Assembly: GCA_965214335.1 (NCBI GenBank)
Contig: CBDCBO010000012.1
Span: forward strand, 88,759 to 152,758
DNA from: Candidatus Velthaea sp.
GTDB taxonomy: Bacteria > Vulcanimicrobiota > Vulcanimicrobiia > Vulcanimicrobiales > Vulcanimicrobiaceae
Length of the DNA stretch: 64,000 nucleotides
Direction: 5' to 3'
Shown: positions 52,659 to 62,169 of the stretch, in pieces
Position numbering within the stretch: position 1 is the stretch's first letter
Layout: each line of letters begins with the position of its first letter
Program-made: the position numbers and the translations under genes
Notes under the pieces: generated by a model
The model's input: the letters and a program-made list of their open reading frames with translations, nothing else
What the model was told of the DNA's origin: nothing
Database searches by the model: none

Positions 52659-55205
52659 ATGCGAAGTATTTCCTTCGCCGGAAAAATGCTTCTCATCGGT
52701 GCGATCTTCACGGTTCCTATCGCGCTACTCGTCATCGTGTTGTTCTTGCAGATCAAGGAAAACACGGACTTTGCGGCCCAGGAGCGGATCGGGACTGCGT
52801 ATACTGGTGTCCTCAGGCCGCTCTTTTTCGACCTCGAAGCGTATCGTCGAGCGGTCGGGACATGGGACGCGAAGGCCATTGCACACCGCATCGAAAGCGA
52901 CTTTACGGCAGCAGACGTGCACGATCGCGGCCCCGGGGCGCCGCTCGAGCTGCGCGCGCAGCTCGCGACGTTTCGCGAGCACTGGCAACAGCGTCGATCT
53001 CCGGCCATTCTGCTGGACGAGATGCTCGCTCTGCTCGCGGCCGTTTCCGACAATTCCAAGATCACGCTCGACCCGATTCTCGACGGCTATTATGTCGGAG
53101 ACACGATGGTCGACAAGATTCCTCATCTCATCGACGCGATCGCTCAGGCCGACGTGCTGGGAACGCAGATTCTGCAAGGCGGCCGGCTGGGCGAAGGCGG
53201 GCGCGTAACGATCACCATCCTGTCGGGACAGCTAACCACCGACACGGACGGCATCGCGCGTAATGTCCCAATCGCCGTAGCGGCCGCGCCGTACCTCGCG
53301 CCGCAGCTGAACGCGGCGACGGCCCGTCAGCGATCGGCATCACGCGCATTTCTTGCCGCCGTTGCAGCGACGGTTCGGCCAGCGCCGCACCGCGCTACGC
53401 ATCCGGCAAGGTACGCCGCACTCGCGCATACCGGACTTGCTGCCGCCTTTGCTCTGTATGACGCCTCGATTGAGGCGCTCGACGATGTGCTGCAACGCCG
53501 CATTCGCACGCTCATCATGCACGAATGCCTTATTTTCGCAATCGTGTTGGCGACGATCGCGGGAGCCGTTTTGACCATGGTCGTCACAACTCGCTCGATC
53601 GCCCGCCGGCTCGGGGCCGTGACGAACGCAATCCGTACCATTGTGACCGACGATATGACGCAGTTGGTCGAAATCGCGCGCACGATCGCCAAGGGCGACC
53701 AGAGCAGCCGTGCCCTGGTTCCGCGCACGACGCTCGTTGACGACGGAAGCGACGAAGCCGCCATTCTCGCTCAAAGTTATAACTTGCTGGTCGGACGATT
53801 GACCGACGTCCAGGCGGATCTCGTCACCATGACGACGCTGCTGTCGACTCGCGCGTTTCACGACGCCCTGACGGGACTTGCGAACCGCGCGCTGTTCATG
53901 GAACGGCTCCATCAAATGTTCGCGCGCAACGCGCGCAACAGCGAGATGCATGCCGCAGTGGTATTTTTAGATCTCGACCGCTTCAAGCTCGTTAACGATA
54001 GTTTAGGCCATCTCGCCGGAGACAGTCTGCTCGTCGGCGTCGCCCGCCGGCTCGAAGGCTGCATGCGAGCCGGAGACACGCTCGCGCGCATGGGCGGCGA
54101 CGAGTTCACCTTTTTGCTCGAGAACATCGGCAGCGAGCGTGACGTAATCGCGTTTAGCGATCGCATTTTGAGCGAACTGACGCGCCCGTTCATCATCGAA
54201 AAACGAGAGATGTTCGCGTCGGCGAGTATCGGCATCGTGTTCACGCATGGTGGCGATGAGCCTAACGCGATGCTGCGCAATGCCGACATTGCCATGTATC
54301 GCTCGAAGCAGGCAGGCAAAAATCGTTGCACCCTGTTTCGGCCCGAATTTTTGGATGACGCGCAGACGTCGCTTCAACTCGATACCGACCTCATGGCGGC
54401 GATCGAGCGGCGCGAATTCGTCTTGTATTACCAGCCGATCGTTTCGCTTGCAAATCGCGAACTGCTGGGCTTTGAAGCACTCGTCCGCTGGCAGCATCCC
54501 GAGCGTGGTCTCTTGTCTCCCGACACCTTCATCCCGGCCGCCGAAGAAAGTGGCGCGATTCTTGCCATAGGCGCGCAAATCATCGACGCTGCAGCCCGGC
54601 AGGCTCGGTGCTGGCGCGACACGTTGAGTCTTTCGCGGGCGTTGCCGATCAGCGTCAACGTATCGGCCCGACAGCTTTCCAGTCCACGCCTAAGCGCCGA
54701 GTTCAAAGCGGTGCTCGAGACGTATCGCTTGTGTCCCGATGACCTACACGTTGAAATAACCGAGAGCGCGATCATGGACCATTCCGACGTCGCTGTAGCA
54801 ACGTTGCACGAACTGCGGGCGCTGGGCATTGCGGCGCACCTTGACGATTTTGGAACCGGCTACTCATCGCTCGGGTATCTGCACCAGTTTCCCGTCACGA
54901 CGCTAAAAATCGATCGCTCCTTCGTTAGCATGACCGGCGATTACTTAGGTAATCCGCAGATCGTCGCGACGATCTCATCGCTGGCGCAAGCGCTGCAATT
55001 GGAAACCACGGTCGAAGGCATTGAAACCGAAGCTCAACTCGAACAGGTACGTGCCCTCGGATGCACCCAAGGGCAGGGTTACCTCTTCTCGCGCCCGCTG
55101 ACGGCGATCGCCGCCACCGACTTTATTCAAAACTGGCAGCCTGACGCCATTCAAGCCGACCGGATCGTTCTCAGACCAAACGTCGATACTGCATTTGCCG
55201 TATAG
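52659..55205 (+). CDS. membrane sensor with HAMP-like linker, GGDEF and EAL domains (c-di-GMP turnover)
   Basis: GGDEF domain: RMGGDEFTFLL. EAL domain: FEALVRWQHPERGLLSP, ..DDFGTGYSSL.. and ..QGYLFSRP... N-terminal TM segment. Confidence 0.9.
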   Translation: MRSISFAGKMLLIGAIFTVPIALLVIVLFLQIKENTDFAAQERIGTAYTGVLRPLFFDLEAYRRAVGTWDAKAIAHRIESDFTAADVHDRGPGAPLELRAQLATFREHWQQRRSPAILLDEMLALLAAVSDNSKITLDPILDGYYVGDTMVDKIPHLIDAIAQADVLGTQILQGGRLGEGGRVTITILSGQLTTDTDGIARNVPIAVAAAPYLAPQLNAATARQRSASRAFLAAVAATVRPAPHRATHPARYAALAHTGLAAAFALYDASIEALDDVLQRRIRTLIMHECLIFAIVLATIAGAVLTMVVTTRSIARRLGAVTNAIRTIVTDDMTQLVEIARTIAKGDQSSRALVPRTTLVDDGSDEAAILAQSYNLLVGRLTDVQADLVTMTTLLSTRAFHDALTGLANRALFMERLHQMFARNARNSEMHAAVVFLDLDRFKLVNDSLGHLAGDSLLVGVARRLEGCMRAGDTLARMGGDEFTFLLENIGSERDVIAFSDRILSELTRPFIIEKREMFASASIGIVFTHGGDEPNAMLRNADIAMYRSKQAGKNRCTLFRPEFLDDAQTSLQLDTDLMAAIERREFVLYYQPIVSLANRELLGFEALVRWQHPERGLLSPDTFIPAAEESGAILAIGAQIIDAAARQARCWRDTLSLSRALPISVNVSARQLSSPRLSAEFKAVLETYRLCPDDLHVEITESAIMDHSDVAVATLHELRALGIAAHLDDFGTGYSSLGYLHQFPVTTLKIDRSFVSMTGDYLGNPQIVATISSLAQALQLETTVEGIETEAQLEQVRALGCTQGQGYLFSRPLTAIAATDFIQNWQPDAIQADRIVLRPNVDTAFAV

Positions 55206-55783
55206 CTCGTAGCGTTCTCGGCGCTGCGGCATCCTACGCACCCCGGCGAAGCTGCGCGGAGCTGCATCCGCACGATCCGCGTCGGCGTCTGCTTCGGCTA
55301 AAGTACGGCGTTACGTCCGGTGCGCCGGCGTACGTCTCTGTTTACCCCACCCATTTTCGAGCTGTTAAAAAATATCGAGTGCCGGAGCGCCGGCGTGCGC
55401 AGCGGCAATCAAGCACTATTTTCGGGCAACACCTTTGCTAGGGTGTGCTCGCGAGCAGCCGTGCGCGAACAGCCGCAACGCCGCTGCGCCGGTAGATTAG
55501 TGCGCTCGTTCCGCTGTATCGCGGCTCAATACTGCGTAATTAGGACATCCGTCCGCCTGAAATGAGAATAAGTACAGCGAGACGGCGGCACGACGCTCAT
55601 TGCCGCCGTCCCAGTACGCGATAGCACATCGTGAAACAGCGGACATACCACTGTCAAGTTTCGTTTTAACGTGGCATAAAATGCTTGAACCTACTGCGCA
55701 GCATGATAAGCTAGCCCTACTTGCGTTGAGTCTACAGCGCAAGCTTCTCCTCGCGTGGGCGAGAAAGGCAAGTCTGTGTACGG

Positions 55784-56377
55784 ATGCCACGGAGCAGCAA
55801 CGATCATGCGTGTGACGAAGTGAGCGCCGAGGCTCCGCGCGGTAAAATCGTGATTGCCGAAGATGACGAATCGACGCGTCTTTTACTTTGCGCCGTGCTG
55901 ACCCGCGCCGGCTTTACCGTTGCGGCATTCGAAAATGGACAACTAGCGTGCGACGCCGTGCGCAGCGAGCGCCCCGACGTTATCTTACTCGACTGGATGA
56001 TGCCGGTCATGGATGGCCGGGTCGCCGCGGAGACGCTCAAAGCCGATCCACATACGCGCGGCATCCCGATCGTCATGCTTACAACGCACGCTCAAATCGA
56101 GGAGCGCGTCGTCGCGTTGGAAGCGGGCGTTCAAGACTTTCTGGCAAAACCGTTCGACGCCCGCGAGCTCATCGCCCGAATCGACCAGCAGATGCGCTGG
56201 CGTAAAGTGCTTGCCGTCGATGCCAACGCGGCCTTCGCCGCCGAGCGGCTTCAACTCTATAGCGGCTCCGAGACGCGCAACGGCAAACGCCCCGATACGT
56301 CGGGTGAGCCCGACTTCTTCGACCGGATCTGGGGTAGCGGCCGCGACAAAAAAGCCAAGCGCGGCAGCTTCCGGTAG
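55784..56377 (+). CDS. stand-alone CheY-like receiver protein with a ~70-aa C-terminal tail
   Basis: Contains KIVIAEDDESTRLLL..PDVILLDWMMPVMDG..IPIVMLT..FLAKPF. An alternative GTG start is at 55820. Confidence 0.8.
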   Translation: MPRSSNDHACDEVSAEAPRGKIVIAEDDESTRLLLCAVLTRAGFTVAAFENGQLACDAVRSERPDVILLDWMMPVMDGRVAAETLKADPHTRGIPIVMLTTHAQIEERVVALEAGVQDFLAKPFDARELIARIDQQMRWRKVLAVDANAAFAAERLQLYSGSETRNGKRPDTSGEPDFFDRIWGSGRDKKAKRGSFR

Positions 56378-56484
56378 CCGGGCTCGCCGGCCACCGTAGG
56401 GGGAGCGAAGCTAAGGCACCAACGTTACGAAAGCGCGGGCCACATCCGCCGCGTTCGTCGCTCGCAACGCGAGGGGGCTCTGCC

Positions 56485-56994
56485 ATCGTCCGAACGTCAA
56501 TTCGCTGCGCGCTCGGCGCAGGCATCGTCAGCAGCATCCTTTCGCTCGGGCCCGCGTCGGGATCGTCCTTGATAGCCGCGCTCGGCAAACCAGCGCCGGT
56601 ATTCGTGCTCGAAGATCTCAGCGGCAGCCCGCTCGCTGCCAAGACGCTGCTGGGTAAGAAGCCGTTGTTCATCAACGTCTTCGCAACGTGGTGTCCGCCG
56701 TGCCGGCAAGAACTGCCCGAGATCGTCCGGAACTACAGCCGCTTCAAGGACAAGGTTGGTTTCCTCGGCGTCGACGAACAGGAGCCGGCGGAAAAGATCA
56801 CGTCGTTCACGCGCACGATGGGAATCGCGTATCCGATCGGTATCGATCAGGGTCAAATGGAAGCCAGTTACCAGGCTCACTCCGTACCGACGAGCGTGTT
56901 CATCGACCGGCACGGAATCGTAAGGGCGCTCTACCACGGTCCGATTCCGGAAAAGCTGCTGCAGAAATATTTGCGCTTGATCGCGGCGTCATAG
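56485..56994 (+). CDS. TlpA/ResA-like thiol-disulfide oxidoreductase (redoxin), modelled with an ATC start to include the signal anchor
   Basis: Active site FATWCPPCRQELP. The canonical TTG start at 56569 would remove the in-frame hydrophobic segment VRTSIRCALGAGIVSSILSLGPASG. Confidence 0.7.
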   Translation: MVRTSIRCALGAGIVSSILSLGPASGSSLIAALGKPAPVFVLEDLSGSPLAAKTLLGKKPLFINVFATWCPPCRQELPEIVRNYSRFKDKVGFLGVDEQEPAEKITSFTRTMGIAYPIGIDQGQMEASYQAHSVPTSVFIDRHGIVRALYHGPIPEKLLQKYLRLIAAS

Positions 56995-57056
56995 CGGCCG
57001 CAGCAGATCCTGTCGACACCCGGCCGCACCAACTGAGTCATCTAGAGAAAGCCCGC

Positions 57057-57836
57057 ATGAATCGACCGGCCTTCGTTACCTCGGCATTAGCAACACTGAT
57101 CGCGGGCGGCGCCCGGCCGGCCGGGGCGCAGCCGCACACCTTAAACGGGGCAACGCCTTTGCGCTCGGGCAGCCGTTGGTCGTTGGCCCACCTGCTAGCC
57201 GCGTACCCCGAACCGCGCAGCGGTGACTTGCTCCAGTACGAGCTCGGCTTTGGTGCGGCATACGATAAGCAGATCGGCTTCGGGCACGAAATGGACGGCG
57301 ACGATCGACTCTCTTTCGTCGAAACGCAGGTCGGTAACGGCGACCACGCCTGCAATCCCAACACGCTCAAGAAAGTGTACTTAAAAGGGCGCGCTTTCGC
57401 GAACGTCTTCACGCCCTATTCCGCGCTCAGCTATGTCACCCGTTCGGGCAACATGCTCACGCGCTGGGGTGACGGCGTCGGGCCCGAAGCGACAAATTTG
57501 TTGCTGCTCGACGCCAAGGCGCTCTACGACCCGCGTTCGGCAACGATCGGCCATACCGGCCCGGCTCGGCTGACCGTCGACGGGCAGCCGATCGAAACCA
57601 CCCATATCGTCGCCCACTATCCGTCAGCCGCCGGTCAACAACTGCGAACCGTCGAGCTGTGGCTCTCACCCGCTGTCCCGCTGGGACTCGTCAAAATGAC
57701 CGCAACGGCGCCCGACGTCGATCCTTTCCACTTGACCGTTTACAAGTTCGCCCGCCATTTCAAAACCGAGCTTGCAATGTCGCTCACGACGATTCGCGCA
57801 CTGACGCCGACGGGCGACGTTCCGGTCTTGCAGTAA
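57057..57836 (+). CDS. secreted hypothetical protein
   Basis: Internal ATG 57057 gives MNRPAFVTSALATLIAGGARPAGAQ (signal). The upstream part of the track ORF overlaps the redoxin gene out of frame. Confidence 0.5.
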   Translation: MNRPAFVTSALATLIAGGARPAGAQPHTLNGATPLRSGSRWSLAHLLAAYPEPRSGDLLQYELGFGAAYDKQIGFGHEMDGDDRLSFVETQVGNGDHACNPNTLKKVYLKGRAFANVFTPYSALSYVTRSGNMLTRWGDGVGPEATNLLLLDAKALYDPRSATIGHTGPARLTVDGQPIETTHIVAHYPSAAGQQLRTVELWLSPAVPLGLVKMTATAPDVDPFHLTVYKFARHFKTELAMSLTTIRALTPTGDVPVLQ

Positions 57837-57839
57837 GCG

Positions 57840-58535
57840 TTACACGGCGGCCGGCATGAAGGTAAACTTCATTTCTTGCGCCTGATTGACGGCGGCGACG
57901 CCGGCCGGTACGAGCAGGGTGTTGCCGATGAGATGTTTACGCAGATTCGCGAGCACCGATTGGGCCGGCAGATCGGACGTGCCATAATTCACCGCAATAT
58001 CCGTCGCTAGACCAGTCAACGCGTTGTCACAGGCGAAAAACGAGGCTTGGCGCTTCGCCAAGGCGACGAGCGAAGCGTCATGATAAAAGCCGTGCAAATC
58101 CGTGCGCGGTGCGGCGGGGTCGAGCGTCGACCGCGCGGCAAGATAAGGATTGCCGTCGCCCGGCCGGCCGCCGGTCGGCGGATCGCCGCGCCGCTGCTGG
58201 ACCAGGGCAATCTTGTACGTTCGCCACACCTCGTCGTCGAGCACCATCGCAACCGACGTCCCGTAAAATATCCCCGCCGCATGGAGACTGGCCGGACCGT
58301 CGCCGTAGTCGAATTGATACGCGTTGAGCGAGTTGAGCATGATCGCCGAAATCGTTCCGTCGGCGATCCGTTTCGTCCCGAAGGCTTGCCGGTGGCGAAA
58401 CGGGAGCGCTAGACGGGCTTCGATCGCCGCGAAGTCATATGGTCCGTCCGCGCCGGCGAGCTTCGGTGTCGCGACCGCGCCGGCAAGCGAGACGCTTACC
58501 GCCGCGGCTCCCATGAAATCTCGTCGCGAATGCAT
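57840..58535 (-). CDS. Tat-signal hypothetical protein
   Basis: N-terminus MHSRRDFMGAAAVSVSLAGAVATPKLAGA carries a twin-arginine motif. Confidence 0.6.
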   Translation of the reverse strand: MHSRRDFMGAAAVSVSLAGAVATPKLAGADGPYDFAAIEARLALPFRHRQAFGTKRIADGTISAIMLNSLNAYQFDYGDGPASLHAAGIFYGTSVAMVLDDEVWRTYKIALVQQRRGDPPTGGRPGDGNPYLAARSTLDPAAPRTDLHGFYHDASLVALAKRQASFFACDNALTGLATDIAVNYGTSDLPAQSVLANLRKHLIGNTLLVPAGVAAVNQAQEMKFTFMPAAV

Positions 58536-58621
58536 GTTTGCCGCTGTTCGGCTCGCGCCGAGAATCTGCTGCAGCGCGGTCTACCGGTTCGCGACCGGAC
58601 CGTTTCGTGATACGATGCCTA

Positions 58622-59027
58622 GCGCGGAGTACGCCGGGTCATCGCAGGCAACGGTGCTTGAGGAAAGTCCGGGCTTCACAGGGCAAGGTGCAGGATAACG
58701 TCCTGTCGGGGCAACTCGAAGGAAAGTGCCACAGAAACAAACCGCCCGGTCCCGGCTCGTCCGGCATCGGCCGCCTCCGGCGGGGGTTCGGCCCGGCCGA
58801 ATTCGTAAGGGTGAAATCGTGAGGTAAGAGCTCACGGCGATCCGCGGAGACGCGGTCGCGGGTAAACCCCACCTGAAGCAAGATCGCTCGATATCCGCGT
58901 TCGCGCGGCGGCCGGCCCGGCCGAACGAGTTACATCGCATCGAGCCGTTCGGCGACGCACGGCCCAGATAGATGATGACCCCCGCGCTCGCGCGGGACAG
59001 AATCCGGCTTATAGGCGTACTCCGCGC
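58622..59027 (+). ncRNA. rnpB: RNase P RNA, bacterial type A
   Basis: P1 pairing GCGCGGAGTACGCC / GGCGTACTCCGCGC. Conserved GAGGAAAGTCCGGGC, AGGGTGAAA..GTGAGGTAAGAGCTCAC and ACAGAATCCGGCTTAT. Confidence 0.9.
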
Positions 59028-59126
59028 ACTCGACTCGGCTGCAACTGCCGGGACGCCGCAGGCGTCTTACCGAATAATGTCGTCAGCCTCTCATGTCATC
59101 GAGGCACGCGCCGTACGGAGTGAAAC

Positions 59127-59525
59127 GTGGCCCATTTCGATAAAAATCTGACCGTCGAGAACGCGTTCAAGACACACGCCGGAGCGCGGCGCGTGTTCGC
59201 GAAGTTTCATCTCGGCGGTTGTTCGAATTGTTCGATCAGCGAAACGGAAACGATCGAGCAAGTGAGCGAAGGATATGGCATCCCGCTCGATATGCTCATG
59301 CTCGAACTCGAGAAGCTTTTCGAGGGACCGGCGCTTGAAGTCGGCGATGCGGTGCGGCTCCCGGACGAGATTCGCTCTAAGATTCCGCAACTCGCGAGCG
59401 TATCGGAGATCGGCCGCGTCACCGAGTTAACGGCCGGCGCCTATGTCGTTGAGTTCGGCGACGTTCGACTGCAAGGATTAGCCGAAGACTTCATCCGCGT
59501 CGAGCCGTCGGCCACGCCGGCGTAA
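59127..59525 (+). CDS. DUF1858-like N-terminal domain protein
   Basis: GTG start with GGAG upstream. Sequence TVENAFKTHAGARRVFAKFHLGGCSNCSISETETIEQVSEGYGIPLDMLMLEL fits the DUF1858 pattern. Confidence 0.6.
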   Translation: MAHFDKNLTVENAFKTHAGARRVFAKFHLGGCSNCSISETETIEQVSEGYGIPLDMLMLELEKLFEGPALEVGDAVRLPDEIRSKIPQLASVSEIGRVTELTAGAYVVEFGDVRLQGLAEDFIRVEPSATPA

Positions 59526-59551
59526 AACGGTAGTAGGAGCGGCTCATTCGG

Positions 59552-59585
59552 AGAGCGGCGTGAAAAGCGCCGCTCTTTCTTTTAC
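59552..59585 (+). terminator. rho-independent terminator
   Basis: AGAGCGGCG-tgaaaag-CGCCGCTCT is followed by TTCTTTTAC. Confidence 0.7.
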
Positions 59586-59977
59586 TCGCCGGCGGGTTCG
59601 TCGAGCGGCTTGCGGCTCGAAAAGCCCTCATCCGTACCGTGCCAGTGCCGGAGTGTCGCTTCGCCGGCTTTCCAGCACAAGTAAATTGGCCGATTATCAC
59701 GCAACGCCGGAAAATCCAATAAGCCCAGGTCGATATTCTTCACCACGCAGCCATAGGCCTCAATGCGATTGATCAAGCGCACGATCTCGGCTTTGAGTTC
59801 GGTGAACCGGCGTGCGGTCCGGCGGTCGCTCACCCGCTCGGGCCGGTTGCCGCGCACGGCAGGATCGATCTCGAGCAGCTTGATCGCCAACTCACGCCGT
59901 TTTACCCACAGTTCTTCCACGATGGGCGCGAGCACGGGAATGAGGGCGTTGGCTTTTTCGGGCGAGAAGAGTTTCAT
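59582..59977 (-). CDS. DUF2203 family protein
   Basis: N-terminus MKLFSPEKANALIPVL.. and C-terminus ..IYLCWKAGEATLRHWHGTDEGFSSRKP fit DUF2203. Confidence 0.65.
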   Translation of the reverse strand: MKLFSPEKANALIPVLAPIVEELWVKRRELAIKLLEIDPAVRGNRPERVSDRRTARRFTELKAEIVRLINRIEAYGCVVKNIDLGLLDFPALRDNRPIYLCWKAGEATLRHWHGTDEGFSSRKPLDEPAGE

Positions 59978-60829
59978 ATGCAGCGTCTTGTCATCGTAAC
60001 GGGGCTGTCGGGTGCGGGCAAGAGCCAGGCGCTAAAATCGTTTGAAGATCTGGGTTTTGCCTGTCTGGATAACCTGCCGCCGGTGTTGGCACTGCAATTC
60101 GTAGCGCTCGTCGAACGGGCAGATTTGGAACGCGCGGCAATCGCACTTGACGTCCGCACGATGGGGCCGTTCGGCGACGCCGGCCCGGCGATCGATGAAC
60201 TTTGGACCAACGGTAATAAACCGGAGTTGCTTTTTCTCGACGCGGACGACGCGGCGCTGGTGCGGCGGTTCAGTGAGACACGCCGCCGCCATCCCTTGGG
60301 TGAACAAAGCTTACATCTCACCGACGCGATAACGGCCGAGCGTCTTGCGTTAGCGCCGCTACGCGTTCGCGCGGACCACGTGTGGGATACCTCGCGCTTG
60401 ACGCACGGAATGCTCAAGGAACGGATTGAGGCCACCTTTACCAGCGGCGTCCGCAAGATGCAGATCGCCATCATCGCGTTCGGCTTCAAATACGGCGTCC
60501 CGCTCGATTGCGATCTCGTGTTCGACGTCCGCTTCCTGCCCAATCCGAATTACGTGCCGGTCCTCAAACCATTGACCGGGAACGATGCGCCGGTCGCCGC
60601 ATTTCTCGAAGTGTTACCGCAAACGGCCGAGTTTCTCGATCATCTGCTGCCGATGGTCGACTTTTTGCTGCCCCACTACCGGCTCGAAGGCAAATCGCAA
60701 TTAACGATCGGCATCGGCTGCACCGGCGGCCGGCATCGCTCGGTGTACCTTGCGCGGCGCCTCGAAGCGCATCTGCACGCCAGAGCCGAAACGGCTGTAA
60801 CAGTCGAAGAACGCGACGTGCGCCGATGA
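59978..60829 (+). CDS. rapZ: RNase adapter protein RapZ (P-loop NTPase)
   Basis: Contains MQRLVIVTGLSGAGKSQALKSFEDLGFACLDNLP, ..FGFKYG.P.D.DLVFDVRFLPNP and ..IGCTGGRHRSV. Confidence 0.9.
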   Translation: MQRLVIVTGLSGAGKSQALKSFEDLGFACLDNLPPVLALQFVALVERADLERAAIALDVRTMGPFGDAGPAIDELWTNGNKPELLFLDADDAALVRRFSETRRRHPLGEQSLHLTDAITAERLALAPLRVRADHVWDTSRLTHGMLKERIEATFTSGVRKMQIAIIAFGFKYGVPLDCDLVFDVRFLPNPNYVPVLKPLTGNDAPVAAFLEVLPQTAEFLDHLLPMVDFLLPHYRLEGKSQLTIGIGCTGGRHRSVYLARRLEAHLHARAETAVTVEERDVRR

Positions 60830-62169
60830 CGCCGCTGCAACGCTCGTTTGACCTGATTCGTTGGCTTTTGCCGGGATTAGGCGTCAAACGCTGGCTCATC
60901 GTTGCCTTTATCGGCGGCGTTTTATTCGTCAATGGCGTGACCCGCTGGTTCACCGAAGAAGGCTCGAATTTCCGCATCAACGAGTTCGTCGACAACGTTT
61001 CGAGCGATTTTGTAAATCCCGGGTTTCTAGCATATATTTTTATGGCGCTGGGCGTGTTGCTCGTCGCGCTGGGCATTTGGCGCTGGTTGAAATCAATCGT
61101 CAACGCGATGACGCCGTTCGGCAAAGAGCGCATGATCGACGCGCTCTACGCTTCGCGACTCAAGAGCGGTTACAAAATCGTGACGATCGGCGGCGGCACC
61201 GGCCTATCGACGATGCTGCGCGGCCTCAAGCGGCATACCTCCAATCTGACCGCCGTCGTAACCGTCAGCGACGATGGCGGTAGCTCGGGTCGCCTGCAAA
61301 AAGAATTAGGCGTTCTGCCGCCCGGCGATATCAGGAACTGTCTGGTTGCCCTGGCCGACGACGAAGCCCTCGTCACCGATTTGTTTCGTTACCGCTTTTC
61401 GGAAGGCGAAGGCTTGACGGGACACTCGTTCGGCAATCTTTTTCTCGCCGCGCTAACCGGCATCACCGGAAATTTCGATCAAGCCGTTAAAGTGTCGAGC
61501 CGCGTGCTCAATATCAAGGGCCGCGTCTTGCCCGCGACATTGGCGATGGCGAGGCTGTGCGCGACGCTCGTCGACGGCAGCATCATCGAGGGTGAATCGA
61601 ACATCTCGCGTTCGACCCAGCCGATCGCCAACGTCTTCCTCGACCCGCCTTTCGCCGCCCCGCTCGATGAAGTCATCGACGCTATTCGCGACGCTGATGC
61701 AATCGTGCTCGGACCGGGCTCGCTCTATACGTCAATCATGCCCAATTTGCTGGTCGATCGAATCGCGCGCGAAGTCGAGACCGCGAGTGCCATTAAAATC
61801 TACGTCTGCAACGTCATGACGCAACCCGGTGAAACCGATTCGTTCACGGCTTCAGCGCACGTCCGGACGTTGCTCGAACGCGCCCGCGCGCGGGTCTGCG
61901 ATGTCGTTGTCGTCAACGACCAATTGCCGCGCAAGCTGCGCGACGCGTACGCCGAAGAGGGACAGTTGCCGGTTGAAGCCGACACCGCGGCGATCGAACA
62001 ACTTGGCGTGCGCGTCGTGCGCGCGGCGGTCATCAGCGAAACGCAGAACGTGCGGCATGACTCCGATAAGCTGGCCGCCGTCGTTATCGGGATCGTCGAT
62101 GAAGCCGTGGCCGAACGCGCGTCGTTCGTAAAATTCCGCTCGTCGCCGTCGGGCGCCGCCGCGACTTAG
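60826..62169 (+). CDS. YvcK/CofD-like gluconeogenesis-factor family protein with an N-terminal two-TM extension
   Basis: ATGA overlap with rapZ. Core is IVTIGGGTGLSTMLRGLK..TAVVTVSDDGGSSGRL..PPGDIRNCLVALA. The N-terminal ~110 aa contain two hydrophobic segments. Confidence 0.85.
   Translation: MTPLQRSFDLIRWLLPGLGVKRWLIVAFIGGVLFVNGVTRWFTEEGSNFRINEFVDNVSSDFVNPGFLAYIFMALGVLLVALGIWRWLKSIVNAMTPFGKERMIDALYASRLKSGYKIVTIGGGTGLSTMLRGLKRHTSNLTAVVTVSDDGGSSGRLQKELGVLPPGDIRNCLVALADDEALVTDLFRYRFSEGEGLTGHSFGNLFLAALTGITGNFDQAVKVSSRVLNIKGRVLPATLAMARLCATLVDGSIIEGESNISRSTQPIANVFLDPPFAAPLDEVIDAIRDADAIVLGPGSLYTSIMPNLLVDRIAREVETASAIKIYVCNVMTQPGETDSFTASAHVRTLLERARARVCDVVVVNDQLPRKLRDAYAEEGQLPVEADTAAIEQLGVRVVRAAVISETQNVRHDSDKLAAVVIGIVDEAVAERASFVKFRSSPSGAAAT

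Noticed and set aside
55581-55610. Perfect 10-bp hairpin GACGGCGGCA-n10-TGCCGCCGTC considered as a terminator
   Set aside because: No U-tract follows on either strand. It lies ~375 nt past the nearest upstream stop codon. Its function is undetermined.
58581-58940. Several 80-120-aa ORFs on both strands (58538..58822, 58581..58940, 58639..58881)
   Set aside because: They lie entirely within the RNase P RNA gene, which is supported by the P1 pairing and universally conserved motifs.
62166-62169. Convergent stop-codon overlap (TAG of yvcK-like / TAA of glycerate kinase sharing TTAG)
   Set aside because: The overlap is real but a common compaction feature. It is mentioned only within the YvcK finding.
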